NCBI GenBank assembly: GCA_900318955.1
Contig: ONMJ01000006.1
Location: 33,586 to 97,585, forward strand
Direction of reading: 5' to 3'
Length of the DNA: 64,000 nucleotides
From: an uncultured Bacteroidales bacterium
GTDB lineage: Bacteria > Bacteroidota > Bacteroidia > Bacteroidales > UBA932
Shown: one piece after another, positions 28,899-38,825 of the stretch
Layout: every line of letters begins with the position of its first letter
How positions within the stretch are numbered: position 1 is the first letter of the stretch
Made by a program: the position numbers and the translations under genes
Notes under the pieces: model-generated
Told to the model about the DNA's origin: nothing
Seen by the model: the letters and a program-made list of their open reading frames with translations, nothing else
The model's database searches: none

Positions 28899-29065
28899 CA
28901 TAAATATTAGTATAAGAAAATCTTATCAAGTAGCAAAAAGGGATAAAGAAGGAATTCAACGATAGTTTACAAAATGACAACAATCTGTAAACAAAAATAA
29001 AGGCTTTAACAAGGATGAAAGTATATTTCCGAATTTAACAGGATTTGAGTAACTTAGCAGAAAAT

Positions 29066-30295
29066 ATGGTACAAATGATACCTGATATACGAATAAGCGA
29101 TTATGCATATAACCTTCCGGAAGATAGAATAGCCAAGTATCCTCTTCCGGAAAGGGACAGTTCAAAATTGCTCTATTACAACGACCATAAAGTTTCAGAG
29201 TATATTTTCCGTCAGATTCCAGATCTGATTCCGGAACAATCTATTATGGTATTCAATGACACTAAAGTCGTGCCTGCCCGGCTCCATTTTGTTAAACCGA
29301 CCGGAGCCAATATAGAAATATTCTGCCTAGAACCAATCGACCCTGTAGAATACAATCTTGCTTTTGCCTCGACTTCTTCCTGCAGCTGGAAATGCGTTAT
29401 TGGCAACGCAAAAAGATGGAAGGGTGAAACATTGTCCCTATATAATCCGGATTCTGACGAAAACTTGTCGAAAATGAATCTCAGGGCTGTCCTTAAAGAT
29501 AGAGACGAGAGGACCGGGACTGTAGAATTCTATTGGGATGACGGAAGTGCTTTTTCTTCTGTTCTCGAAAAATGCGGGACGGTGCCAATTCCTCCATACC
29601 TCAATAGAGAATCAGAAACAATAGATATTGAGAGGTATCAGACCCTATATGCAAAGATCAGGGGCTCTGTCGCCGCTCCAACGGCCGGTCTTCATTTCAC
29701 ACAAAGAGAATTAGATGCAATAAAAGCTAAAGGCGTCAAAATGGAAACAGTCTGCCTCCATGTAGGTGCAGGGACATTCCTGCCGGTCAAGAGTCAGACT
29801 ATTTCCGGACACCCGATGCATAGAGAGCCTTTTACTGTCTCGCTATCTTTTCTTAAGGATCTTCTTGAAGGAGGCAAAAATGTTGTAGCCGTAGGGACAA
29901 CATCAGTAAGAACGCTGGAATCGCTTTATTATGTAGCTGTGAGCTGTATAGAAAAGGGCTTTCCGGAGGATGTCAGCCAATGGGCTCCATATGAGCGGGA
30001 TTACTCCTACACCCTCTCTCAATCTATTGAAGCGATTGTTGAATATCTTGAACGTAACTCCCTAAAAGAGCTTAAAATAGGTACTAGAATTATTATTGTG
30101 CCCGGGTTCCGTTTCAGGGTGGTTGACATGATGGTTACCAACTTCCACCAACCTGAGAGCACACTTATTCTTCTGATCTCGGCGTTTTTGGACGGAGATT
30201 GGAAGAGGGTATATGATTATGCGTTGGAAAACGGATTTCGTTTCCTCAGCTATGGAGACAGTTCACTTCTTGTAAGAAACAAATCAAATAAATAA
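29066..30295 (+). CDS. queA: S-adenosylmethionine:tRNA ribosyltransferase-isomerase (start ATG 29066 or 29075)
   Basis: FNDTKVVPARL, VPIPPYLNR, GSVAAPTAGLHFT, LHVGAGTF, TNFHQPESTL, FLSYGDS. Confidence 0.95.
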   Translation: MVQMIPDIRISDYAYNLPEDRIAKYPLPERDSSKLLYYNDHKVSEYIFRQIPDLIPEQSIMVFNDTKVVPARLHFVKPTGANIEIFCLEPIDPVEYNLAFASTSSCSWKCVIGNAKRWKGETLSLYNPDSDENLSKMNLRAVLKDRDERTGTVEFYWDDGSAFSSVLEKCGTVPIPPYLNRESETIDIERYQTLYAKIRGSVAAPTAGLHFTQRELDAIKAKGVKMETVCLHVGAGTFLPVKSQTISGHPMHREPFTVSLSFLKDLLEGGKNVVAVGTTSVRTLESLYYVAVSCIEKGFPEDVSQWAPYERDYSYTLSQSIEAIVEYLERNSLKELKIGTRIIIVPGFRFRVVDMMVTNFHQPESTLILLISAFLDGDWKRVYDYALENGFRFLSYGDSSLLVRNKSNK

Positions 30296-30304
30296 CTGTA
30301 TATT

Positions 30305-31468
30305 ATGGAAGACTATCAACTCGAAAGTATCGCCCCGTATTCGGACGAAGAAGCTGTAGAAGCTCTTGGAAAGGTGGCCAACCACCCTTCTGTCCCTTGG
30401 ATTTCCAAATATATATTTCCCAATCAGCCCGAGACATATCTTAGAGATATTCTGAAAAGCATCCACAGTATAGATGAATTCCAGAGCATAGTTATGTCAA
30501 AGGCGGTTGAATGGGTGATAGAGAAATCTGTCCGCAACTTCTCTTATGACGGACTTTCCAAAATCCAGTATCTGGATGGGAAATTCCTGGCCATGTCCAA
30601 CCATAGGGACATTATTCTCGATCCCGCGTTTACTCAAATCATCCTCTTCAGGAACAAATTGCCTATGACGGAAATATGCGTCGGCGACAATCTTTTGAAG
30701 CAGCGTCCGGTCGAGTATCTGATCCGTTCCAACCGTATGATCAAAGTCATCAGGGGCGTTTCGGCCCGCGAATTATACCTCTCTTCGCAGGTCCTGTCGA
30801 AATATATCAGAGAGACCATTACTTCTGGAAAGAGCTCAGTTTGGATCGCCCAGAAACAGGGAAGGACAAAAGACGGTATCGATGTGACCGAACAAGGACT
30901 TCTCAAGATGATTGATATGAGCGGAGGAAAGGATTTCGTCCAAAACTTCCTTGAACTGAATGTCGTTCCGCTAAGCATTTCATACGAATACGAACCTTGT
31001 GATATCCTTAAGGCGAGAGAGATTCTTATCTCCAGAACTCAAAAATATGTAAAGACTGAGAATGAGGATCTTCAGAGTATTCTTCTTGGTATCAAGCAGT
31101 ATAAGGGCAATGTGCACCTCAATATCGGTGACGTTCTGACCGAAGAAGAGATCAGAAGCGCAGCAGTCTGCGACAAGAACGATCGTTACCAAGCCATCAG
31201 GAGCGCAATAGACAAGAGGGTCATTATGGGTTACAGGCTATGGAAGACCAATTACATGGGCTACGACCTTGCCAATCATACGTTCAAATACGCAGACAGC
31301 AAATATACTCACGAAGATCTCGAGGCGTTCACGGAATATACTGAGCATCAGCTCGATAATGTCGAACCTACTCTCAACAGGTCAGATCTCAGAGAGATTT
31401 TCCTTCGCATTTACGGCAATCCCGTGATGATGAAAGAAAAACTGAAAGAAGAGGAAAAGAATTCCTAG
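30305..31468 (+). CDS. Phospholipid/glycerol acyltransferase (PlsC-like)
   Basis: SNHRDIILD (HxxxxD), VWIAQKQGRTKDG, SYEYEPCD. Confidence 0.85.
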   Translation: MEDYQLESIAPYSDEEAVEALGKVANHPSVPWISKYIFPNQPETYLRDILKSIHSIDEFQSIVMSKAVEWVIEKSVRNFSYDGLSKIQYLDGKFLAMSNHRDIILDPAFTQIILFRNKLPMTEICVGDNLLKQRPVEYLIRSNRMIKVIRGVSARELYLSSQVLSKYIRETITSGKSSVWIAQKQGRTKDGIDVTEQGLLKMIDMSGGKDFVQNFLELNVVPLSISYEYEPCDILKAREILISRTQKYVKTENEDLQSILLGIKQYKGNVHLNIGDVLTEEEIRSAAVCDKNDRYQAIRSAIDKRVIMGYRLWKTNYMGYDLANHTFKYADSKYTHEDLEAFTEYTEHQLDNVEPTLNRSDLREIFLRIYGNPVMMKEKLKEEEKNS

Positions 31469-32388
31469 TTTTTGATATGCACATCGAACTGCTGGAAAGG
31501 GAAAGAAATGCCCTTCTCCGGCAGTCTTTTGTATATCTCTTCAGTTATATCGTAATACACTTCCCAATAGTCGGAAGCCTTAGTCCATACGCGGACTACA
31601 AAGTCGATGCTGCTGCCGCCGAGTTCGCGGAGTCTTACCATAGGATCGCCGGCACCGGGAGTGGTCGAATCCAAGGTTTTAGGGTGAGAATCAAGTATTT
31701 CCAGAATCAAAGACTTCACCTCGTCCACATCGCTTCCATACTCGACAGAAACCATCTTATCGACCCTTCGGAGATCTTTGGCCGAGTAGTTGTCGATATT
31801 GCCATTGGCAAGGGTACCATGGGGGATAGTAACAAGGCGGTTGTCTATTGTCCGTATTTTAGTACTTACAATATTCATCGACTCTACAAATCCAGCATAT
31901 CCTTGGGCTTCGATATAATCTCCAACTTTGAAAGGCTTGAATACCAGAAGCATTATTCCGCCGGCAAAGTTTTGCAAAGTGCCGCTAAGCGCCATGCCAA
32001 TTGCTACTCCGCCGGCAGCCAGAAGAGCTGCCAGGGAAGTTGTGTTGATACCGAGGGTGCTGACCATTATTAAAATCAGAACCACCCACAGCATTATCGA
32101 AACAAAACTATTGACGAATGAGACCAGAGTCGGTTCGGATCCTTTTTTTTCAAAGCCGCGCGCGACCAGTTTCTTTATCTTACGAATAAGCCATGCCCCG
32201 ATAAAATAGATTACAAGAGCGGCTAGCACCTTAAGGCCGAATTCAATAGCCTTATTGACCAATAGCTGAACTATCTCGGCAGGAGTGGAATTCGTAAGGA
32301 CTTCTGTTATCCGTGCCTCCTTAACGGCTATCGAATCGGCAATTTCCTTTTGTTGAACGGTATTTATGGCTTGTAGCAATTGAAACAT
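31465..32388 (-). CDS. mscS: Small-conductance mechanosensitive channel
   Basis: AIGMALSGTLQNFAGG, KPFKVGDYIE, ISFPFQQ. Confidence 0.92.
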   Translation of the reverse strand: MFQLLQAINTVQQKEIADSIAVKEARITEVLTNSTPAEIVQLLVNKAIEFGLKVLAALVIYFIGAWLIRKIKKLVARGFEKKGSEPTLVSFVNSFVSIMLWVVLILIMVSTLGINTTSLAALLAAGGVAIGMALSGTLQNFAGGIMLLVFKPFKVGDYIEAQGYAGFVESMNIVSTKIRTIDNRLVTIPHGTLANGNIDNYSAKDLRRVDKMVSVEYGSDVDEVKSLILEILDSHPKTLDSTTPGAGDPMVRLRELGGSSIDFVVRVWTKASDYWEVYYDITEEIYKRLPEKGISFPFQQFDVHIKN

Positions 32389-32392
32389 AAGT

Positions 32393-33349
32393 CTATAAAT
32401 TTATAAACAGGTATGCCATATAGGCGCCCCAGATAAGGAACATGATAGCTCCATCTCCACGGTCGATAACCTTCTTGCGGAAAAAGAAATAGCTACCGAG
32501 AATCATCAGAGAGCTGAGCAGTAGGACCCCGATATCGACATAATCCAAATCAGCGAACGACAGGGGATTGATAAGAGCAGAGCCTCCCAGGATGAGAAGG
32601 ATATTGAAAATATTTGATCCGATGATATTGCCAAGAGCAAGCTGTCCCTTCTTTTTAGCTGCAGCAACGACGCAGGTCGCCAATTCCGGAAGGGATGTTC
32701 CTCCGGCAAGAATCGTAATGGCGACGAATTTTTCGCTGACACCCAGCATAGTGGCGAGGGTTGTAGCGGAATCGACAAAGAGACGTCCTCCGATAATAAG
32801 TCCGGCCAAGCCGCCTATAATCAAGAGTATTGCCTTGGCAGTCCCTATTTCTTTATCAGAGGAGCCCTCAGAATCCTCTTTTTTGTCGAATTTGAAGCAA
32901 CTCCATATATAAATAATAAACGCAGCAAGCAGAATGCCTCCATCAAGTCTTGTCAATCCGTTTTCTGCTCCGTATCCGATTGTCGCCTTCATGCCGAGAA
33001 GAATCAAAAGGAGAACAACCCCGATATTGATGGGAATATCCCGACGGATATTGCTTCTCGATATAGACATCGGAAGAATCATAGCGCTAAGGCCGAGAAT
33101 GAGCAAAGTGTTGAAAATATTTGATCCGACGATATTTCCGACTGCAACATCTGCCTTGCCTTGAATAGCTCCTATGAAACTTACAACCATTTCAGGGGCT
33201 GATGTACCCATGCCGACAATCGTAAGGCCTATTACGAACTCGCTGATTCCGACCTTTCGGGCAACGGATGAGGCTCCATCTACCAGAAAATCTGCACCGT
33301 AGACGATTAGTGCCAGGCCTGCTAAAAGTAATAATATCTGAACAGTCAT
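32393..33349 (-). CDS. Calcium/sodium antiporter (YrbG/CaCA family)
   Basis: Alpha repeats GTSAPE...GNIVGSNIFN and GTSLPE...GNIIGSNIFN. Confidence 0.92.
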   Translation of the reverse strand: MTVQILLLLAGLALIVYGADFLVDGASSVARKVGISEFVIGLTIVGMGTSAPEMVVSFIGAIQGKADVAVGNIVGSNIFNTLLILGLSAMILPMSISRSNIRRDIPINIGVVLLLILLGMKATIGYGAENGLTRLDGGILLAAFIIYIWSCFKFDKKEDSEGSSDKEIGTAKAILLIIGGLAGLIIGGRLFVDSATTLATMLGVSEKFVAITILAGGTSLPELATCVVAAAKKKGQLALGNIIGSNIFNILLILGGSALINPLSFADLDYVDIGVLLLSSLMILGSYFFFRKKVIDRGDGAIMFLIWGAYMAYLFINL

Positions 33350-33351
33350 AC

Positions 33352-34758
33352 TTATTTTTTGATTAAAGCGCAGACATTTTCAACATGCTGCGTATGGGGG
33401 AACATATCGACAGGCTGGACAGCGGTAATTGTGTATTTTTCAGAGAAAATCGCAAGATCACGTGCCTGTGAGGCCGGATTACAACTGACATAGACCATCC
33501 GCTCAGGCTCTGCCTCGAGGATTACTTTGGCTACATCCGGGTGAATCCCGGCCCTCGGAGGGTCAAGAATGATAACATCGGGATGCCCGTGCCTGGAGAT
33601 AAAAGCAGGGGAGAGGACGTCCTTCATATCACCGGCAAAGAACTCGCAGTTTGTAATCCCATTGTTGGCAGCATTTGTGACAGCATCTTCTATAGCCTCC
33701 GGAACATATTCTATACCAATAACTTTCGACGCTTTCGAAGAAACGAATTGAGCAATTGTGCCTGTCCCCGTATATAGGTCATACACAATTTCATTTCCTT
33801 TCAGATCGGCAAATTCGCGGGCTACACTGTAGAGGCGGTAAGCCTGACGCGTATTTGTCTGATAAAAGGATTTCGGTCCGATTTTGAATCGCAGACCCTC
33901 CATTTCCTCATAAATAGAATCTTCTCCCTTATACAGAATACATACCTGGTCAGAAATCGAATCGTTCAGCTTGCGGTTAATAACGTAGTAAAGCGAGGTG
34001 ATTTCGGTAAAGGCTGCCGACACGGCATCAAGGAGGGCAGTCCGTTTAGCGACATCATCCTCATAGAAACACATAATCAACATTACATCACCATTTTCCG
34101 CCGTTCTGACAAACATATTGCGGAAAAAGCCGTGATTATCCCGAATATTAAAGAACTCGTACCCGTTTTCGATGCAGAAACGCTTGATAAACAAGCGAAT
34201 AGCATTACTTGGATCTCTCTGAAGATGGCAATCCTTAATATCGAGAACTTTGTCGAAGAATTTGCCGACGTGGAAGCCAAGTCCGCCTCTGTCTTCAATG
34301 GGAATTGATTCCGGGTCCTCATCTTTATATACCCATCTTTTATCTGAAGCGGTGAATTCCAGTTTGTTACGATAATATTCAGTGAGTTCGGAGGGGAGTG
34401 TCGGGCGAATTTCAGGTACTTCAAGATGACCAATTCTAACAAGTTGATCATAGACCTGCTGCCTCTTTGCCTCAAGCTGCATGTCATAAGGGAGAGGTTG
34501 CCACTTGCAGCCTCCGCAGATGCCGAAATGTGGGCAGAATGGCTTAAGTCTTTTCGGAGATGGAGTAACTGTCCTTATAGTATATCCCTCCATGAAGTTT
34601 TTCTTCTTTTTGAAAACCTTTACATCCACAACGTCACCAGGAACGGCAAATTCGACAAAGAGAACCATTCCATCGACATGTGCAATGGCTTTGCCTTCAG
34701 CGGCGACGGACTCAATGAGTACGTTTTCCAATATAAGGTCTACCTTTTTTCTTGACAT
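33352..34758 (-). CDS. rlmD: 23S rRNA (uracil-1939-C5)-methyltransferase
   Basis: ATG 34758 (MSRKKV); TRAM domain, CxxxxxCGGC, YRNKLEF, SFYQTN, DLYTGTG, LDPPRAG, VYVSCNP, DMFPHT. Confidence 0.94.
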   Translation of the reverse strand: MSRKKVDLILENVLIESVAAEGKAIAHVDGMVLFVEFAVPGDVVDVKVFKKKKNFMEGYTIRTVTPSPKRLKPFCPHFGICGGCKWQPLPYDMQLEAKRQQVYDQLVRIGHLEVPEIRPTLPSELTEYYRNKLEFTASDKRWVYKDEDPESIPIEDRGGLGFHVGKFFDKVLDIKDCHLQRDPSNAIRLFIKRFCIENGYEFFNIRDNHGFFRNMFVRTAENGDVMLIMCFYEDDVAKRTALLDAVSAAFTEITSLYYVINRKLNDSISDQVCILYKGEDSIYEEMEGLRFKIGPKSFYQTNTRQAYRLYSVAREFADLKGNEIVYDLYTGTGTIAQFVSSKASKVIGIEYVPEAIEDAVTNAANNGITNCEFFAGDMKDVLSPAFISRHGHPDVIILDPPRAGIHPDVAKVILEAEPERMVYVSCNPASQARDLAIFSEKYTITAVQPVDMFPHTQHVENVCALIKK

Positions 34759-34836
34759 GTATCTTATCCTGCTTTTAAAATACAAATTTACAAAAATCCA
34801 TTTATTATACGAAAGGGAGGTCTTCTCTATTCTCCA

Positions 34837-34864
34837 ACTTAACATAATATAAATTGTGTAACAA
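34837..34864 (-). other. dif: XerC/XerD chromosome dimer resolution (dif-like) site
   Basis: Minus strand TTGTTACACAA-TTTATA-TTATGTTAAGT versus E. coli GGTGCGCATAA-TGTATA-TTATGTTAAAT: XerD arm 10/11, spacer 5/6, 11-6-11 layout, intergenic. Confidence 0.82.
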
Positions 34865-34917
34865 AAGCCACAAAAGAATAAAATCATTAAACCTGGGGCT
34901 AAATTGGAATAATTTAC

Positions 34918-34942
34918 TAATTTTGCGAAAATTAATTTTCGC
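34918..34942 (+). promoter_or_regulatory. -7 element TAATTTTG abutting a perfect 18-bp palindrome GCGAAAATTAATTTTCGC
   Basis: Element at 34918-34925; palindrome at 34925-34942, ending 2 nt before ATG 34945. Confidence 0.6.
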
Positions 34943-34944
34943 TT

Positions 34945-36669
34945 ATGAAAAAACGATTTTTCAACTTATTAACACTAACTATTCTCATTTCTTCTACTAT
35001 TTCGTTTTTCGGATGTAAGGTCGACAACGAGTATAATCTAGACAACATCGATGCGACCAATCTTAGCGTCCTTCCTGGCGTTTCAATTCCTGTCGGATCG
35101 TTTAAGATGATTACACTTGGAGATATACTGAAACTAGAGAATCAGGAATTCATCAGTGTCGACAATGAAGGCAATTATTTTTTCAATTTCAAGATGGACG
35201 ATTTCTCCTACACTTATAACCCTGGAGAAGTCAGGATTGGTCCCAATGTCCTCACTGAAACAAAGACACTTGGGTCAGGTATAACCGTACCTGCACCAGG
35301 AGCCTGGAGTTCACTTACCATCGAAATTCCAGCAAGTTTCAGCAGCTCGTTTGAGTTCAAGGAAAACAATTTTGTCAAGGAAATAGTTGCTATCCGTGAG
35401 GTCAACTGTGACGCTGTCTTGCATTATCAATTAAAACCGGAGAGTTCATACCATTTCAGTAAGATTACTTTCCTTGCAAAGAGCGCTTCCGGAAAGGAAA
35501 CCACAATCACTTTCCCAGAATGGACTGTAATCGAAAGTTGCTCTGATAGCAGAATACAAATAATTGATAATCATATACTTAAACTAAAATCAAATATAAC
35601 AGTCAGCTCTTCCCAGGGGCTGTCTCTTGACCTTAATATAAAAGGGCTTAAGAATATTCCCGAAGGCCTCGGAGTCACTCCGGACGGGAAATTAGCCCTC
35701 GCAGGTGAATTTGTCTTTGACGGTACACTATCCGCTTCCGGGGCTGATGTGCTTGGCAATTATTCAGGACCTATGGCATTTGTCCTTGACAACCGTTTTT
35801 CATATGACTCGTTCAAGGTCAAATCGGCCGTTCTTAAAATGAACGTAAAGCCTAAATTCGACACCGAGGACTACGAACTGGATAAAATGGAGGATATTGA
35901 TCTTTCCGGCTCAAAGATTATACTAGACAATCTCAAAGTTTCTGTGGCACTTGACAACGGCTTCCCTGTCAGCATCTCCGCCGGTACGAGTATGTACACA
36001 TCCCTGAATGGCACTATTCAGCATATTTATCCCATTCAGATGAACTTCCCTGCCTCAAAAAAGACAGAATACATATTCGTTGGCTCTCAGAGTGCAACCC
36101 AGCCAGGAGGCAATTACATTGTCCTTAATGATCTTGATAGCATTCTCAACCCTATGCCGGATAAGTTCGGCCTTTCCGAGATTTCTGCTTCTACAGATCC
36201 AGACGAATGGGTTACTTTTGAGACGGAAAAAGACTATGTATCAACTTGTTCCGTTTCTATAAGCGCTCCTGCAGCCCTTGCCGGCGGATCTTCTTTAAGT
36301 ATTACTGAAGATGTCGAGTTCTCACTTGCAAACATCTCTGAAATTGTAAGAGCGGCAGAGGTATCTCTTTCTGTCGTCAATTCCCTTCCTTTCTCTTTGA
36401 AAGTTGTTCCCGAACTACTTGAGGAAGAAGGGAAAAAGGTCAGCGATGCCTCTCTTACTGTAGATGGGGAAATCAAAGCCGGTTCTGTCTCCTCCCCTAC
36501 CGATAATCCTCTTACCATTCACCTTGACGGCGATAATCTCGGAAATGTCACTACCCTTCGTCTGAATCTAACCACAACTTCTTCCGGAGAAGCTATCCTC
36601 AATCAAAAGCAAGGAGTTGTGATAAAGGACATCGTTCTTACACTTCCTAAAGGCATAAAGATACAATAA
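34945..36669 (+). CDS. Large beta-rich surface lipoprotein of unknown function (DUF4621-like by recollection)
   Basis: Lipobox SFFGC followed by ...EYNLDNID; coupled to the next gene by TAATG. Confidence 0.65.
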   Translation: MKKRFFNLLTLTILISSTISFFGCKVDNEYNLDNIDATNLSVLPGVSIPVGSFKMITLGDILKLENQEFISVDNEGNYFFNFKMDDFSYTYNPGEVRIGPNVLTETKTLGSGITVPAPGAWSSLTIEIPASFSSSFEFKENNFVKEIVAIREVNCDAVLHYQLKPESSYHFSKITFLAKSASGKETTITFPEWTVIESCSDSRIQIIDNHILKLKSNITVSSSQGLSLDLNIKGLKNIPEGLGVTPDGKLALAGEFVFDGTLSASGADVLGNYSGPMAFVLDNRFSYDSFKVKSAVLKMNVKPKFDTEDYELDKMEDIDLSGSKIILDNLKVSVALDNGFPVSISAGTSMYTSLNGTIQHIYPIQMNFPASKKTEYIFVGSQSATQPGGNYIVLNDLDSILNPMPDKFGLSEISASTDPDEWVTFETEKDYVSTCSVSISAPAALAGGSSLSITEDVEFSLANISEIVRAAEVSLSVVNSLPFSLKVVPELLEEEGKKVSDASLTVDGEIKAGSVSSPTDNPLTIHLDGDNLGNVTTLRLNLTTTSSGEAILNQKQGVVIKDIVLTLPKGIKIQ

Positions 36670-38279
36670 TGAAAAAAATAATTACCACTCTCGCAGCGGC
36701 CCTCATAGCAACCGCAGCCGTTTCAGCCCAAGGACTCGAGACAGCATACTATCTCGATGGATATACCTTCGGCTACCGTCTCAATCCTTCCTTTATGAGC
36801 GAAAGAGGTTTCTTTGCTCTTCCAGGAGTCTCCAGGCTAAGCATAGGAGCCGGATACACTCCGGGTCTTGAAAATATCCTTTTTGTCAAGGACGGTAAGA
36901 CTGTAACATTTCTTAATTCTAATGTCACTCAAGAGGAGTTTACCTCTAAGATGAAGGGATCCGACCTTAAGGTCCACCTCACTCCTGATATCAATATCCT
37001 GGCCCTGGGCTTCTGGAATGGGGATGCATTCCATACTTTCGACGTATCTTTGAAGGCAAATATGGCCGGAGCCTCCCCCTATGACCTATTCCGCCTTCTG
37101 AAATGCGGAACTGAAGCATCAGACGTTTTTGATCTTTCCTCAAACAGAGTTCATGGAAGCGCCTATCTCGAGGCCGCTTTCAGCAGTGCGTTCGACGTAG
37201 GAGACAACCTTTCCATAGGATACAGAATCAAAGGTCTCGCCGGTTTGCAGTACATCGATCTCAATCTTTCCAAGATGGATTTGAACCTCGGAAGAGAAAA
37301 GTGGGAGATTGCAGCTTCCGGAGATATGTTTGTTTCGGGAGACTTTTTGAAAGTTCCTGGAAAGTATGATGAGGAGCTAGGAAAAAGGGTCGTCGATGTC
37401 GAAAACATTGAACCGACAAGTGATTTTGATATCCACAGATTCAGACCTGCCGGATACGGAGGTGCTGTAGATATCGGAGCGACATGGAGGCCTTTTGACT
37501 TTCTAAGTGTCAGCGGTGCTGTTCTGGATCTTGGTGGAATCTCCTGGAAAACAACAGCTTATGCCCAAACTCCAGATATGGCTTATACCTATATTCCTGC
37601 GGAGGATATGAGTTTTGAGACTGCTTCTGAGTCTATAAGTGACCAAATCACCAATGCTACATCAGCCCTTTCAAGCATGCTCTACATGGAGATGAAAGAG
37701 GAGAACGGGAAAGGTCAGTTCAAAATGCTTCCATGGTCGGCTAATGTAGGAGTCAACCTTCGAGCTCCTTTCTACGACAGGATCTCCCTGGGACTTCTCG
37801 GTGTACATCGCCATGGTCCCGCCTTTAACTACAATTCAGTAAGGGCATCCCTGAACTGGTCTCTGTTTAAATGGTTCAGCATTTCCGGAAGTGTAGCAAA
37901 GGATAATCTTAAAACCACATCTTATGGAGGAGCCATCAATTTCCATCCGGGATTGCTTAATATCTTCCTCGGATTCGACAGTATCCCTACCACAGTAATT
38001 CCTGTCAAAGCTATTGACGATGCCCTTGCAGATCTTCCCTTCAAGATTCCTTTCGCGGTCGGTATTCCTAAGAGCCGCTTCAACACCGGGATATTCTTCG
38101 GAGTCACATTGTCTATGGGACAAAGACATCGCGATTTCGCCGGGAGGCGTTACGTTAAAAAGGTTGAAACAGAATCTCTTCCTTCTCTGGAACCAATGGA
38201 GATGATTGTCCCTGAAGGTGAAGAAGTCAAAAACTCAGAGCCATTGACAACCCCAACTTCCCCAAACACAAATTATTGA
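36669..38279 (+). CDS. DUF5723-type outer-membrane protein
   Basis: Signal peptide, AYYLDGYTFGYRLNPS, GYGGAVDIGATW, SGAVLDLGGISW patterns. Confidence 0.72.
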   Translation: MKKIITTLAAALIATAAVSAQGLETAYYLDGYTFGYRLNPSFMSERGFFALPGVSRLSIGAGYTPGLENILFVKDGKTVTFLNSNVTQEEFTSKMKGSDLKVHLTPDINILALGFWNGDAFHTFDVSLKANMAGASPYDLFRLLKCGTEASDVFDLSSNRVHGSAYLEAAFSSAFDVGDNLSIGYRIKGLAGLQYIDLNLSKMDLNLGREKWEIAASGDMFVSGDFLKVPGKYDEELGKRVVDVENIEPTSDFDIHRFRPAGYGGAVDIGATWRPFDFLSVSGAVLDLGGISWKTTAYAQTPDMAYTYIPAEDMSFETASESISDQITNATSALSSMLYMEMKEENGKGQFKMLPWSANVGVNLRAPFYDRISLGLLGVHRHGPAFNYNSVRASLNWSLFKWFSISGSVAKDNLKTTSYGGAINFHPGLLNIFLGFDSIPTTVIPVKAIDDALADLPFKIPFAVGIPKSRFNTGIFFGVTLSMGQRHRDFAGRRYVKKVETESLPSLEPMEMIVPEGEEVKNSEPLTTPTSPNTNY

Positions 38280-38823
38280 CAGAGATGCGGTAATCCGCTA
38301 TCGGCATATGAGAATCCGGATCCAGAAGGTCCGGATTTCTTATTGACATATTCGCAGAGATCATAAAATCGAGGCATGTCGCCTTCGAAAGAACAATCCG
38401 ATAGCCAGCACCGATTCTGCCAAGAATTACAGAGCGGCGCTCGACATCGGTAATACCCACTCCCCCACCGGCAAAGGCAAATAAGCCGTCAGAATGATAT
38501 CCCTTATTGAAAAAAGCTCCCCTCAAAACTATTGGTACTACCCTTACGTTCCTGTCAACGCCCTCATAACCGGAGTATAGGGAAATTTGAAACCGGTTGG
38601 CAATGAGATAACCGACATTGGCCCAAAAAACACCGTTGACTTTGCCTCCGAAAGAAAGGGATGAATCATTCATCCTGTATCCGCTTTCTATAAGATAGTT
38701 GTAATCATGGTACCTGATGGCCGAGAAGCTCCCTCCCCACTCTACTCCATACGTAAAGCTTCCAGCTCTAGTAATGCTAGAGGTAACAAGTATTAAAATT
38801 ATGGAAAACAAGACTTTACGCAT
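38227..38823 (-). CDS. Putative small outer-membrane beta-barrel protein
   Basis: Signal peptide, alternating aromatic/Gly strands, C-terminal Phe (SMALSF). Confidence 0.65.
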   Translation of the reverse strand: MRKVLFSIILILVTSSITRAGSFTYGVEWGGSFSAIRYHDYNYLIESGYRMNDSSLSFGGKVNGVFWANVGYLIANRFQISLYSGYEGVDRNVRVVPIVLRGAFFNKGYHSDGLFAFAGGGVGITDVERRSVILGRIGAGYRIVLSKATCLDFMISANMSIRNPDLLDPDSHMPIADYRISVNNLCLGKLGLSMALSF

Positions 38824-38825
38824 AG

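Noticed and set aside
28614-29065. AT-rich region with ...TTACA/TAACA motifs as possible oriC
   Set aside because: No close match to TTATCCACA and no dnaA nearby; a dif-like site lies 6 kb away and genes point toward rather than away from the region. GC skew would settle it.
34759-34887. N-terminal extensions in the ORF track (rlmD; also XRE to 28712, anti-sigma from 15195, rsfS to 61999, ORF from 631)
   Set aside because: The extensions run through promoters, the dif site or other genes; downstream ATGs match the expected N-termini.
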